DNA of 63,999 nucleotides, filler included, from Trypethelium eluteriae (taxonomy: Eukaryota), in the NCBI GenBank assembly GCA_051942245.1. It is 3 parts of 3 records of this genome, joined end to end, with 100 filler letters (N's around TTAATTAATTAA, not from the genome) between each part and the next. Parts side by side here need not be neighbours in the genome. Positions count along the whole stretch, not along the records: positions 1 to 21,997 come from JAVECL010000452.1; 2 more parts are not named here. One strand, written 5' to 3'. Below are positions 1-11,721 of this stretch, in pieces (position 1 is the stretch's first letter; each line of letters opens with the position of its first letter). The notes under the pieces are model-generated. The model did no database searches. It saw nothing but the letters and a program-made list of their open reading frames with translations, and was not told where the DNA came from. The position numbers were made by a program, and so were the translations under genes.

Positions 1-591
1 ACGTAGGTCCTCATTTTACTAGTTAATTAGGTTTTTTACTGTCCTCATTTTCGATGAGGTTTATATAGAGCCCTTATCTCAGGTTACACAGAGAAATTAA
101 TCGAGTCCTTTTCTCCGAAAACGGTGTCTAACATCATCAGATTCGCTCCTTTTGGTTCAACAACTTGGCCCTGATCTTCAGCATCAAGAGAAATGTCTTG
201 GTCGCCCTTGACTGATGTCCACGTATGAATTGACAAGCCAGGACTGATCTATTATTACAGAAAACATCTAGAGAGAATTCAATCAACTTCTCCATGATGT
301 AGCCCATTTCAGGCAGAAGATTCTCCTCCAGGTCTCAGTCCGCAGGTTCGGCTCATGACTACATGAACTCGCGGATCACAGGATTACTGTATTTGTACCA
401 AAAATTATTTATGTATTGTATCATACAGGCCAGTAGAAACGTTGGCGAACATTGTCCTCAAGCGGAAAGAGCAGCGAAAGTATAGTTTTGATGCTTTAGA
501 AGTCTATCGAAAACTGCCTCAAACGCTCCACCTTTTGCATTCTTGATTATTTAATTTCCGCTAAGAGATACCCCACTCTAGATCGGGCAGA

Positions 592-3500
592 TTATGTTAA
601 GAAACCAATTTCTTTCCAAATGTGAATGTATCTCCTAGTCACCTCCTCGTCTACCGGGCCTACCGTACCAAGGGTTTTTGAATGCTCGAGGGTCTTCTTC
701 ACGTCCAGAACAAGTCCACCACAAGACATGCGAAGATAATTACTGTCCAAGAAGTCCAAAAGAGTAGTAGCTGGATTGTTCCGCCGTGGTGCCGCTCGCA
801 CGCGTTCGACCCACTCCTCGAAGGGAATCAAATTTGGAATGTTCAGTGCAGCTGACAAAGTGGCATTCATCTCGTGCCAGGGCTGGCCGATAGGGTTCTC
901 AATGTGGTAGATAGGGGAAGGTGTGCGGTCAGAGAGGACCAGGTCAGACAGTGTGCCTGCTACATCATTTACCGGGGTCCAGTAAACAGTGCCATCCACG
1001 TCCGGTAGAGCATTCAGCGTTTGCGACGATTTAATTAGAAACCCAAAATGTTCCATTGGATTCCAGTATCCGCTAGTTTTGGAACCGGCGATCTGCCCCA
1101 GACGGACCGCCATAGTACGGAATCGGTCGGGATGCTTATGTAGAGTCTCGTCGAGCATCCTTTCGCATACCCATTTTGCGTTGCCGTAACCATTTGGCAG
1201 CACCGAGTCGATGCCGACCCTCTCTTCTGGCACGACAGTCACTTTTTTGCCGTTTCCACGGCCGTAATGGCCCACAACACCAATGGATGACACCATTTGG
1301 AAGCTGAGCTTGAAGCACTCTGGGCGCCGACAAACAATGTCGTAAGCTAAATCGGTCAGATTGTGCATGATCTGGAATTGAGACCTAAAGCCATCTAGAG
1401 GCCGCTTGGCACTCATGGGCCACGCGTTGTGGATGAGGTGGGTCACGGAACTTAGAAGTCCTTCATACTCACTCCTCGACAGCCCAAGCATCGGCTTTGA
1501 GCTATCGGTCTGCAATACAAGTAACTTCGGCTTGAGGTCTTCCGGGAACCGAATACCCTTCTCCCTCATGGCTTTTTGTTGGCGGACGTTTGGCTCTGCC
1601 TTGTTCTCACGATTGAGACAGACAACCTTCTTCACTTCAGGGAGCTGTGCGAGATGATAGACTAGGTGGCTTCCCAGACTGCCAGACGCCCCTGTGATGA
1701 GAACAACTTTCTCATTGGAACCCGGTGCAGGAGATGAACGTGAAGAACTGGGTGCAGAGAACGCAGCAGTGTACATCTGAACATAAGCGTCAACGGCCTT
1801 TTTGCTCTCTGCAAGAGTAGATATTTCGCTCTCCCAGTGCTGTGGCTTACTGTCCCATTCAGAAGAGGCTTCTGTTATCTCAGCGGCTAAGTTCGGAGCT
1901 GGTTGGCTGTCTGTCAGGGGCTGGGAGGTATCTGTTTCGTATGTGTTTCCGGCTAACAAGTGTTTCAGGTCGGCAACAGTTGGACATTCAAGAAAGAGGG
2001 ACTCATGCTTGATATCAAGCTCGAGTTCATCTCTGAATCGGCTCACGATGACTAGGGACAACAGAGAGTCCACACCGGAGTCGGTGAAATTTATGTCATC
2101 GTTGAGATCCTCTATTGCGACTCCACTTTCTTCCGAGATAATCTGAATAGCACGCTGAAAATTGACTGCAGGAGTGGAAAGTCTCTCGGCTGTATCGGGA
2201 GTGGTGGCTCCTGTGACACTAATCATGACAGGGCTCGATTCAGAGGAGCTGGACGTCCGAATGGCGACTGTAGCTGGACTGGCTCGGCGCTCCCCCAAGA
2301 GTCCCTTGAGGCTGGCAACCGTGGGATACTCGTAGAATAGTGCATTAAAATCGATCTCAATGTCAAGCTCCTCCTGAAAACGACCTGAGATGGTCAATCC
2401 CAGGAGAGAGTCAATACCGACGTCACCAAAAACAATGTCATCGGTCAAGTCAGCCGCAGCAAGCCCACTCTCTTCCGCAATTATCGACATTGCCTTTGCA
2501 TATTTGGACGATTGAAGCTCTCCGGTGGCTGGAGGGGTGCTTTGTGATGCATTCACTGCAGGAGTGGGAGTTGTGATGGGGGTTTCTGTCTTCTGTGCAG
2601 GCTGCTGGTTCTGTGACCTGTCCCTACCTTCCATTGACAATATTGCTTTCAAGATTCGGCGTGGTACGCCTTGAATCTTGGGCAGAAGTTAGCACTCTTT
2701 GCTTTTATAAGAATAGCAGAAGTACGAACTGCAATCTGCTCAAAGTGTGCGACCACTTTCTCGCCCTCAAAGATGATGACATCACCATGCCATAGCTTAT
2801 CTTCCCCCTCTTTCATGCATGTGTACGTAGTATATTCCTTGTCAAACTCCATCGGCTCAAATATCTGGAACGAACCCCATCCGTGGTTCATGAATACCTC
2901 TGTATCCAAGTCAGTGCTATCGTTGCAGTTCATTGTGAACCCGCACGACTGAGTCAGTGAATCGATAATGGCCGGATGAAGGTAAAATTTGCCGCTCTTT
3001 TTAATACTGCCAAAGCTGATACGACTCGAGGCCTCCAACGTGTTACTGTTCAGGATGATTTCGTCTATGGCTCGGTAGTCAAGGTGGAATCGCGCCAATG
3101 GTCGGATAGCTCGATACACCATTGGACGGTTGAAACGGGCTGTTTTCCCCGAGATAATTCCATCCTGGAGAGCTCGAATATTTTGCTTCACATTCATTGA
3201 ATCTTCCTGAAGCACGCGTTGGAGACTCCTGTCTTTGAAGTATACAACGCACCGTGAGTGCTCCTGTAGTTTTTGCTTACCCTTAAGTTGGGTCAATTCA
3301 TTTTTCATGAAACATTGAGTTAGAGTGTGAAGGAATACTCACATTGGAAGACAAAAACCTGATAGCCGCTGATTGAGATAGCCAATCGACGTCCGCGTGC
3401 GCTTGAAGAAGCTGCTGGGTCGCGCCAGACCGGAGGGTTAGGGCTTTGGAAATAATCATGTCTGAGACATCTATAATATTGTCCTGCTGGCTTGGGCGAT

Positions 3501-6500
3501 AACGCTGAAGCAAATAGTTACCAAGAGTCAATGCAATGTCTGCGTAGACTGAAGGAGTGCAGAGCGGGATCCCATCGACCTCATGTCCTTGCACAAGTGG
3601 GCTGAGGTCCTCGCGTGCGATATCCGCCTCAACGACAAGATGAGCCTTTTGGGAATCGCATGTCTCTTCGACGACCCTATGAACGGTTGTGGTTTCAATT
3701 CTCGAACTGTTATTAACCGGGGGAGGATCTCCTTTGCGCAGTGACCAATCATTGACGTACTGTATCCAGTATTCTTTCAAATCCCAGTTATAAGCAGGCA
3801 AGGAAATGACTGTGTGTGAAACCTTAAAGTCACGCTGGTATTCTCCCCAACGAATGTCAACCCCTGCACCGTAAAGGAATTTCAGAGCCATCCCTAGGGT
3901 CTGCCAGATTGTTTTGCCACGCTGTAGTGAGGCGATGCATGCTATTCGCGACCCTAGCACAGCCTTCGTCATACCTGAGATAGCGGGGTGTGGGCCAATT
4001 TCGAGCAGCGTTGTTTGATCAGTAATGACGTTGCTACGACTTGCTATCTGAAGTGCGTTCAGCATGTTGACAGGTTTGCGAGAATGATTTGCGAGATACT
4101 CGGGACCGAAGCTACCACCTTGATCAACAATAGTACCATCCAGAGGGCATAAGACAGGAATTATGGCCTTAGAAAACGTTAAGACACTGGCAAGCCTCTC
4201 AAATTCCGGCAATATCAGGTCTATCTGGGAGGAGTGAAATGCGTAGGGGACCTTAAGTAGTGTAGAGTTTACCCTTGATTCTGCGAGTATACCTTTCAGA
4301 ATGGAGATATTCTCTTGAGGCCCAGCCAGAACAGTTTCAGTTGGTGAATTCATGCATGCAATCTCGTAATTGTTGTGTTCCAACACTCGCGCGATCTCGT
4401 CAACCGATCCCTTGACGACAAGCATGGCGTGGGTGTCTCGCATGCACTTTTTCTGCAGCAGCTCGGCCCGCTTGCCTACCAAGTAGAGAGCGTCTGCGTC
4501 CGAAAGTACCCCTGCAACAACAAGTGCGGCGTACTCGCCCAGGCTATGTCCGATGACAGCGATAGGACTGATGTTCCACGATGTCCATAGTTTACTCAGT
4601 GCGATCTGCAGGCAAACACCGGCCAGCTGTACAGTGGCAGGCTCAAACGCGCTGATGTCTTGTTCTTCGGATTCGATGACTGTCAGCATGGAGGGAAATC
4701 CGAGACTCTGCCCGACATGATCCAGTCGGTGCATCTCGGTGCGGAAAAGGGAAAAGTTTTTCCAAAGCTGCTTCCCCATTCCTGGATACTGGGCGCCCTG
4801 ACCGGTGAAGGTAAAAATAATCTTTGAAGCGCTCGTACGCCTGGTCATTCCGGTCCCGTCTCGAAGAGCTGTCTCAATTTGGGCACGTATATCGTCTTGA
4901 AATGAGCCGGCAAGCATGACTCGATGCTGGTAGTGTATGCGACGTGCTGTCGTCGTGTATGAGAGCTGCCCGAGGGAGACATGCGGATACTGCTTCAAAT
5001 ACTTGAGTATAGATCTAAGGTTTCCCTCCAAAGAAATGCCGTTTTTGGCTGAGACAGCTATGAGATGAAGGCCTCGTGGGTCAGCAACTCCAGTAGGAGA
5101 TTCATATCGAAGTGGTGCATCTTCAAGCAATAGCGCCGTGTTCCCACCTGCAGCACTGAAGTTATTGACGAAAACTCGTCTGGGCTTCGAAGGATCAGGG
5201 CTCCTTTTCCAAGTGGTCGGTTCCAGAGCTATATTGACATTTCGTTCCCGTAGATCAGTTGGAAACTTGTGGTTGATTTTTGATTTGATTCCACAATGCG
5301 GCACTACTATATTTTTCTGCATCATCAATAACACCTTGACGAGACTGGACACGCCCGAGGCCGCCTCACCGTGGCCAATGTTGGACTTAGCTGAACCAAG
5401 GTAGAGAGTCTCATCACTTGTTCTGCCCCTCCTAACTTGAGACAGTGGTGGTGCAAAAGTATCCAAAACACTGGACATTTCGCCGGCGTCGCCAGCTTGG
5501 GTACCTCTGCGATAATTGGCGTTAGATCATATCTGTAGAGAGCACTTGGGGAATTTCAGGAGCTGAGGGCCAACTTGAGAAGCATGTCAAAGACGTCTGC
5601 CCCTCGGGATGGTATAGAGATGGCAGTGTGATAATGTGACATGTACAATTACTTACGTTCCGTGCATTTCAACGTAACTAACAGTGTAGGGCTCCACGCC
5701 ACCTTGGTTCAGGATCTTGTCAAAAATAGCACGCTGCGCCCCAATGTGTGGTCGAGTTATCGACTCTGACTCTGCAGAATGGTTAGTATATGCGCCTAGG
5801 ATAACTCCTAAAATAGGGTCGTTATCTGCCAAGGCATCATCAAGGCGCTTGATAATAACAGTTCCGACCCCTTCTCCACGGCAATAACCGTCTGCTCCAT
5901 CATCAAAAGTCTTGCAGTTGCCCGTTCGAGAGAGGAAGTGCCCTCTATCAAGGCCAGCAGTGAAATCCGGGTTTGTTAGAATATTCGTGCCTCCTGTGAT
6001 AGCAGTATCAATATCACCTTGCCATAGTGAATTGCATGCTAAATGGATACCAGCTAAACTGGATGAACATGCTGTATCAACAGCATAACTAGGGCCACTA
6101 AACTTAAAACAGTAATTAATACGCCCTGGAATAAATGCTCGATTCCCACCTGGGATAAAGTATGTATCAATATTTTGAGCGCTATTCGTCTCCATCCAGT
6201 CATTACTAGTGACACCATAAAAGACGCCAACACGGTCTTGTCTAGTAGAAGGAGTAGTATCCGGGACGATACCAGCTTGTTCTATTGCTTCATAAGCGGT
6301 CATTAACGCCAGCCGTTGTGCAGGATCAATCTGAGGCGCCTCTCGCGGGGAAATATTAAAGAATCGCGCGTCGAACATGGCCGGGTCGTCAAGCCAGCAG
6401 CCAAATGGCGTTGCACTTGTGTTTTTGTGGGTCCCAGTGCGGTCTACATGCGTTTTGGCATTCCAATGAAGATCTGGAACAGGTTTGTGGACATCCAGAC

Positions 6501-7811
6501 CTTGGTATAGAAGGTTCCAGAACGACTCATTATCCTTTGCACCAGGAAATCGTCCTGACATACCAATTATGGTAAGCTTAGCCTTTCTTGGATGCGAATA
6601 CGAAGCATCTTCAGGGAGAGAAGGCCTGGGCTGAGCCTGCGTAGAGGGCACCATTGTGCGCAGAGGTGTCTGCTTGAGCGCGTTGTAGATCAGTTGGTCG
6701 GCAGTAGTCCCGATAGGAATGACGCAAAACGACTTTGGGCCAATGTTGTGGATACAAGCTTGCAGTTCATCAAGGATATCGCTCCACCGAATGGGACGGA
6801 GGAGAATTTGTTGAGCTGCAGCCTCCAACAGTATTGAAAAAGTACGTCGTCCGACTCCGGATCCTGTGCTCGGGAAAAGAGGAATTTGCTCAATGCACAC
6901 GCCAGTCCTGCCGGAGGCCAAGTTCTCGACGATTTCACCAACAACAACTTTGGAGTACAAATGTGAAGCGTGATAAGGCCCGTATATCGGAATATTCCTG
7001 CATCTGAGGTCCTTGAAGTTTTCGGAATTCACCAGTTGTGCCAGTGATCTAGGCGGTCCGCTCACAGTAATTCCGTTTGGCGCATAGGCGCTAATATATG
7101 GTCTACTGGTCACGGGCAACATCTTAAGAGGAAAGAAGTTAGCTGCCAGAAGATAGGAGTTGAATATGGATGACATCAAACTGAACTTACGGTTTGCTCA
7201 CAGAAATGGTCCACGGTTTTATGTGACGTAGATCCGGGGACGATGACTGACCAGCTCTGATCGGAATCCCGCGACGGTGCGATACGCTTCGCAACATCGG
7301 CGACATGCGTGCCAATTCTGAAGGCTATAGTGACTGCGATGACAGCCATTGGGACAAGCTCCACTGTGCTGCGGCTACAACTGATAGCCGCCGCCGCCAA
7401 GGCTCCCGTACAAAGACCAAAAACTCGGTACTGGTCTGCACTGTTGTACCAAGCGTCTGCATGACTTCATGCAGGATTAGCCTTGATATTAAGGCTAAAT
7501 ATAAGCAAAGTCTCTTGTAGTTACCTAATGAATGCTCCAAGCTGATATAGACATGTGACAGCCATATCAAGGGGTATACATCGCTTTGCCCTTCCTTTCC
7601 ACAAGACTAAATCCTCAAGACAAGTGAATCGAGGAACATCATCTCTGGCTTTGGGTGGTAGCTTGTATATCTCTGTGCGAACTGCATCGTATGCTTTCAC
7701 GAGAAAGTTCTCCAGGACTGGATCGTCTCTGTTGCTAAGCAAATCTTTCAAATGTGGCTGTACATCATATGTTTGGTCTCCGAAAATATAGAACTTCAGA
7801 TGTCCAGCCAT
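592..7811 (-). CDS. fsr1: Non-reducing polyketide synthase, SAT-KS-AT-PT-ACP-ACP-R (Fsr1/PGL1-like), about 2275 aa, 6 exons
   Basis: ATG at 7811 (MAGHLKFYIFGDQT). Introns at 7465-7524, 7123-7190, 5507-5656, 3282-3342 and 2677-2729 join the ORF-track pieces in frame. Motifs: SAT GLCTG, KS DTACSSS and EMHGTGT, AT GHSLGE, PT GHEVDGIPLCTPSVY, two ACPs (GIDSL, GVDSL), reductase LITGASGSLG and YGNAK. No C-methyltransferase or thioesterase. The Fsr1 assignment comes from domain order and recalled N-terminal similarity. Confidence 0.9.
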
Positions 7812-7959
7812 AGCGGAAACTTTTGTAACAGCCTGAAAAACTTGTTCTAATGACCCGAAATGTGCCTTGACCTGGTTTAAATGCAAAATTAGCTTTCAAT
7901 ATCCAGCAGCCTTCCGTTCGCATATCTCACAAGTTTACCAAGTTCAGTAGAAAAACAAC

Positions 7960-7973
7960 TCCGTGATCACGGA
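7960..7973. promoter_or_regulatory. Perfect 14-bp palindrome TCCGTGATCACGGA (CCG-N6-CGG), candidate Zn2Cys6 binding site
   Basis: Lies about 150 bp upstream of the PKS ATG; a partial copy GTGATCACGG occurs at 9583-9592. Function is inferred only. Confidence 0.35.
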
Positions 7974-9613
7974 CGACAAAACCATATCAACAATTGCTCT
8001 CTTCGGAATTGTAGGTATTCCCCTATTATAGCAGCTGTGTTTATCCCATGATTCTCTTTGTCAAAGACGGGTAGCGCCAGGTAAAGAGCCCAGACGTCTC
8101 GGTGCTATGGTGATGGCTCGGGAAACCTGTACGGAAATGGGCAATGCGGATAATCATTATCACCCGAAGACATTGAATTCCAAAAGCAGCTAGCCTCTTG
8201 GATTCGGGTCTTCTGGAAGATGGGTAGTCTTACAACCAGTGATTCGGAAAGGCTCGCTCGACCTTGCGCTGTCGTCGGAAACTTCACTCGGGGGTCTCAG
8301 GTCCCGAATGCCAGCAGCTATCCAGGAGCATTCGGATTCGAGGTAACCGAATGGATCATGCTAATCGAAATGCTACTCTTTGGAGCTGGATCAGAATGTC
8401 GAGGCGTAGTCTCGCCGCTTGTCGTCCACCCGAATTCAAATATTCAAATGTATTGATCATTGTTCCCGAGGCACGTGTTTTTCCAGCGCATTAAACAAAA
8501 CAGTCAAAGAACTTATACTGAAAGTAACGAGAATAGGGAGGCCAAGGTCAATCAACTGAGATGGAGGTGTGTCTCTGCGCTGCGGTGGTAGGGGGTGCAA
8601 AATCGGACACTTATTTTTGACCCGAAGGGCCGTCGCAGGAGCATAAATGATGTGTTATAAGTTCAATACCGTGTCCGATATCTACGATGTGCATCGGCGT
8701 ATGCTCGTTGTAAAGAAGTCTACCAATACCTACGGATAGAAAACACGCGGGTTTCAAGAGTGTTCGAGGCTATACTTGGCCATAAAGTCTTGAGCAGAAG
8801 TCTTGATCAGTGTATAAAACTCCATTTGATATTGCAGTACATAAGGAGAGAGGCACACGTACATAGCAGGAGCCGGGAGAACGCGACGGCGAGTTCGGCG
8901 TGGTGCAGATAGAACGCACAGCCTGCCCGTGCGATTGACGCAGACTTGGCTTTCATTACGTCCTTTTTCCCCTTTTGTTTTTTGTCGCCTTCGCGGATTA
9001 GGGCTGAGAGAGTCAGCTTAGCTCAAGTGAACTGTAACTTGGTCTTTCCGCCTGAAACGAGGGAAGCAGAGCCTGCTTGGCATGAATTGACACGTGATGG
9101 AAAAGTTGATTAAATGCCTCCACATTGCGACAACTTGCCATTGCTCTAGAGAATCTCGCAAAGGACAGAAGTTACGAAGGCCACTGAATTGCAGCCGGAA
9201 GCGTGCTGTTGGCTTCGAGGGTTTCTCAAGTGAAAGGCACGATTCACGCAAGGACTAAGCAAAAACAGACTTACATGGGTAAGATCTCCCTGACCCACTC
9301 CGATTCCTACTCTAGGTAGTGATGACTAGATATTTCAATCGATAACTCATCTATGCTCTGCATGACAGCGAATGCGACAACAAGCTGCTCGTCGGGATGA
9401 CGGGAGGCGGACGAAAGAAATGTCAGGGCCCCCTGCTGACGCAGTAGGGGCCCATGTCTAGCCAAATATACTACCCTTTTCGGGTTAGTAGCTCTTTGTG
9501 CTCTCATCCGACCGTCTGAGCTATACTTGTTCCAACTTTGCTGTGGATTAAAAACAACTAGATTGGATGTTCTTATCTTAAGGTGATCACGGGTTTTTCA
9601 CGCAGGAGCGGGC

Positions 9614-9939
9614 TGTCAAGGATCTGAAGGTAAGAGGTCGTCACTAAGTATTAAATAAGGCAGTGGTAAACAAGTATTATTCAATCGCTCGTAACTAAAC
9701 TAACTAACTGTAGGTACAGTGTAATAAGGTAATGCAAATAAGACGCAAGGAGACTTCTAGCTTAAGGGGTGGTGTGTTGCCCTTATATCCTTGGCATCCT
9801 TCTACCTTCCTAAATACTGCTCAGTAGTCCCTCCTTACTCCTCAGTACTAATCATCAGTGCTCAGCACTGATCGCTCTAGGCATCCACTGAGCACCTCGG
9901 TTATTCCTCAGCTCAGTTTTTAGCGTCCGTGCCCTGACA
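9614..9939 (-). mobile_element. Putative solo LTR (326 bp) between the PKS and the transcription factor
   Basis: Bounded by TGTCAAGG...CCCTGACA (TG..CA ends, 7/8 inverted match). Internal TATA-like GATATAAG on the minus strand, repeated CTCAG motifs and TpA enrichment. The flanks (CGGGC / CCTCA) do not form a target-site duplication. Confidence 0.5.
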
Positions 9940-10313
9940 CCTCAAGTGCCATTGACCTGTTGTGTGCACGTGGTGGCCGTGCACATAACAGAACAAGTGT
10001 ACCTAGCTCAGACTCTAGAATGAAGAATGCGACCTCCACCCTCTAATTGGTTCGCTTCATGACACAGCTACAAACCTCAAACTAAGCAGGGCCCCTGGCA
10101 AGCAGCGCGTAGCGCTGCAAGCATCCTTCAATCTAGAGGCTGAGTTTACTGAGATAAGTAAAATCAGGCATCATCTTACGAGGCGGCTGACATTTGCGAT
10201 TCCGTCCAGTGGCGATCTTGGATACATAAATCTTTCGGTCGGTGTCAAATGTTCACCCTACATACCCAGGTGGATATTCGGGAGAACAGCTGGTACTGTT
10301 AGTATTTCATTTG

Positions 10314-11606
10314 ATGGCTATGCCTGGCGATGCGCCACGATTATCTGGAAAGCCGAAATTGCGATCCAGCTGTGATGGATGCGGTGCTGCCAAGCTGAAG
10401 TGTGATCGGCGCCAGCCTACATGTGGACGCTGCGTTGCTCATGGCATGCCGTGTGTTTATGGGATATCGCGAAAAATGGGAAAGCCGCCGCGTGACAGAC
10501 TCCGTCCAAGCTTGCCCACCACTCAAACGTTGAGCGACACACCGAGTACGTCAAGCGACCAAGCCTATCCTACGGATGGCAACGCTCCCATCAGGAGCAG
10601 CGGGAGTGCTGGCAACGCCCTGGCGATTGGACCGTTCTCGAGCGTGACGGCGTTACCTGCAGCCTGGGATACAGCGGATGTCAACAGCTACGATCACAGG
10701 CTCAGCCTTGGCGCCTTGGAACCAGGCTTGTTCAGCGACCTCCCCCCTGCTCTCTCCTCTCTAGATTTCGACGAATGCGCCCTCATAGACCATCTTGACG
10801 GCAGTCTATTATCTACCGGCCTGCAACTCGAACCTGTATCTACGCCGGGCTCACCTTCTCTTACAAGTTACTCATCAACTCCTACCACCCAGCCTACGGC
10901 AGCCCCATCCCTGGCTGGTCAGAGTCCGCCTCCCGACAATGCCTCAATACCGCCTGTAGGCCTCAGAGGCCATGACTGTCCTCGGGAAGCATACGAAATT
11001 CTAGGAAGTCTGTCTTTCCAGATCAGTGAGGTCCAGTCCATCCCTTCATCGGGAACAGCCTCAACCTCCAATGCAGTGCCTTTGGACCATGTGCTACGCC
11101 TCAACCGCGAGGTCAGCGAGCGACTTGACCGCCTCCTGACCTGTTCCTGTGCCCGAACTCCTCATCTTGCACTACTCTATGCTTCAATCATCTCGCGCGT
11201 CCTGATTTGGTATCAGCAAGCGGCTGGTTCGTTGCAGAGCTCTCCAGGGAGCCCTACCACGGCGACCAGCACATCATGTACAGACCATGCAAGGACTCCA
11301 GCAGCCTCGACCCAGTCCACCAGTATTGCTGTAATACCGGCAAAGATGGCCATCGGAACTTTCAACGTCGACGACCTGCGTGTACAGACTGCCTTAAAGA
11401 TTCAGCTGCTGTCGGGTGAGATGAAAAGAGCCGGCCGTCTAATCGATCAATTTAGTTCGCATCAATTCGCTGGCCTATCTCTTACTAATGGATCTACTTT
11501 TGGGGGCGTTGACAGCCTCTCTCAGAGTCTAGATTCATGGCTGAGGAGTGAGCATTTCAGAATAGCCTATATGATGAGGTCCAGGTTGGGGGAGCTTAAC
11601 ACTTAA
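10314..11606 (+). CDS. Zn(II)2Cys6 transcription factor, AflR/Fsr6-like pathway regulator
   Basis: KLRSSCDGCGAAKLKCDRRQPTCGRCVAHGMPCVYGISRK binuclear cluster; AflR-type C-terminal region (HDC...LDHVLRLN...LLTCSC). First ATG at 10314 (alternative 10320); intronless. Confidence 0.9.
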   Translation: MAMPGDAPRLSGKPKLRSSCDGCGAAKLKCDRRQPTCGRCVAHGMPCVYGISRKMGKPPRDRLRPSLPTTQTLSDTPSTSSDQAYPTDGNAPIRSSGSAGNALAIGPFSSVTALPAAWDTADVNSYDHRLSLGALEPGLFSDLPPALSSLDFDECALIDHLDGSLLSTGLQLEPVSTPGSPSLTSYSSTPTTQPTAAPSLAGQSPPPDNASIPPVGLRGHDCPREAYEILGSLSFQISEVQSIPSSGTASTSNAVPLDHVLRLNREVSERLDRLLTCSCARTPHLALLYASIISRVLIWYQQAAGSLQSSPGSPTTATSTSCTDHARTPAASTQSTSIAVIPAKMAIGTFNVDDLRVQTALKIQLLSGEMKRAGRLIDQFSSHQFAGLSLTNGSTFGGVDSLSQSLDSWLRSEHFRIAYMMRSRLGELNT

Positions 11607-11721
11607 ACAGAGTCGAGACTTCTGGCCTAAGTCGTCCATGTATCTGCCTCCTTGACGCCTTCATCTCCATGGTCTAGCAACCTTGCACCTCCTATTTCGC
11701 GTGCTCTGCTTTCCTTGTCCG

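Noticed and set aside
8105..8494. Short ORFs upstream of the PKS as remnants of tailoring genes
   Set aside because: No methyltransferase, monooxygenase or other motif recognised.
9421..10100. GGGCCCC-containing hairpin at about 9426-9453 and a loosely inverted copy near 10085-10100 as MITE ends
   Set aside because: Match is short and gapped, with no target-site duplication.
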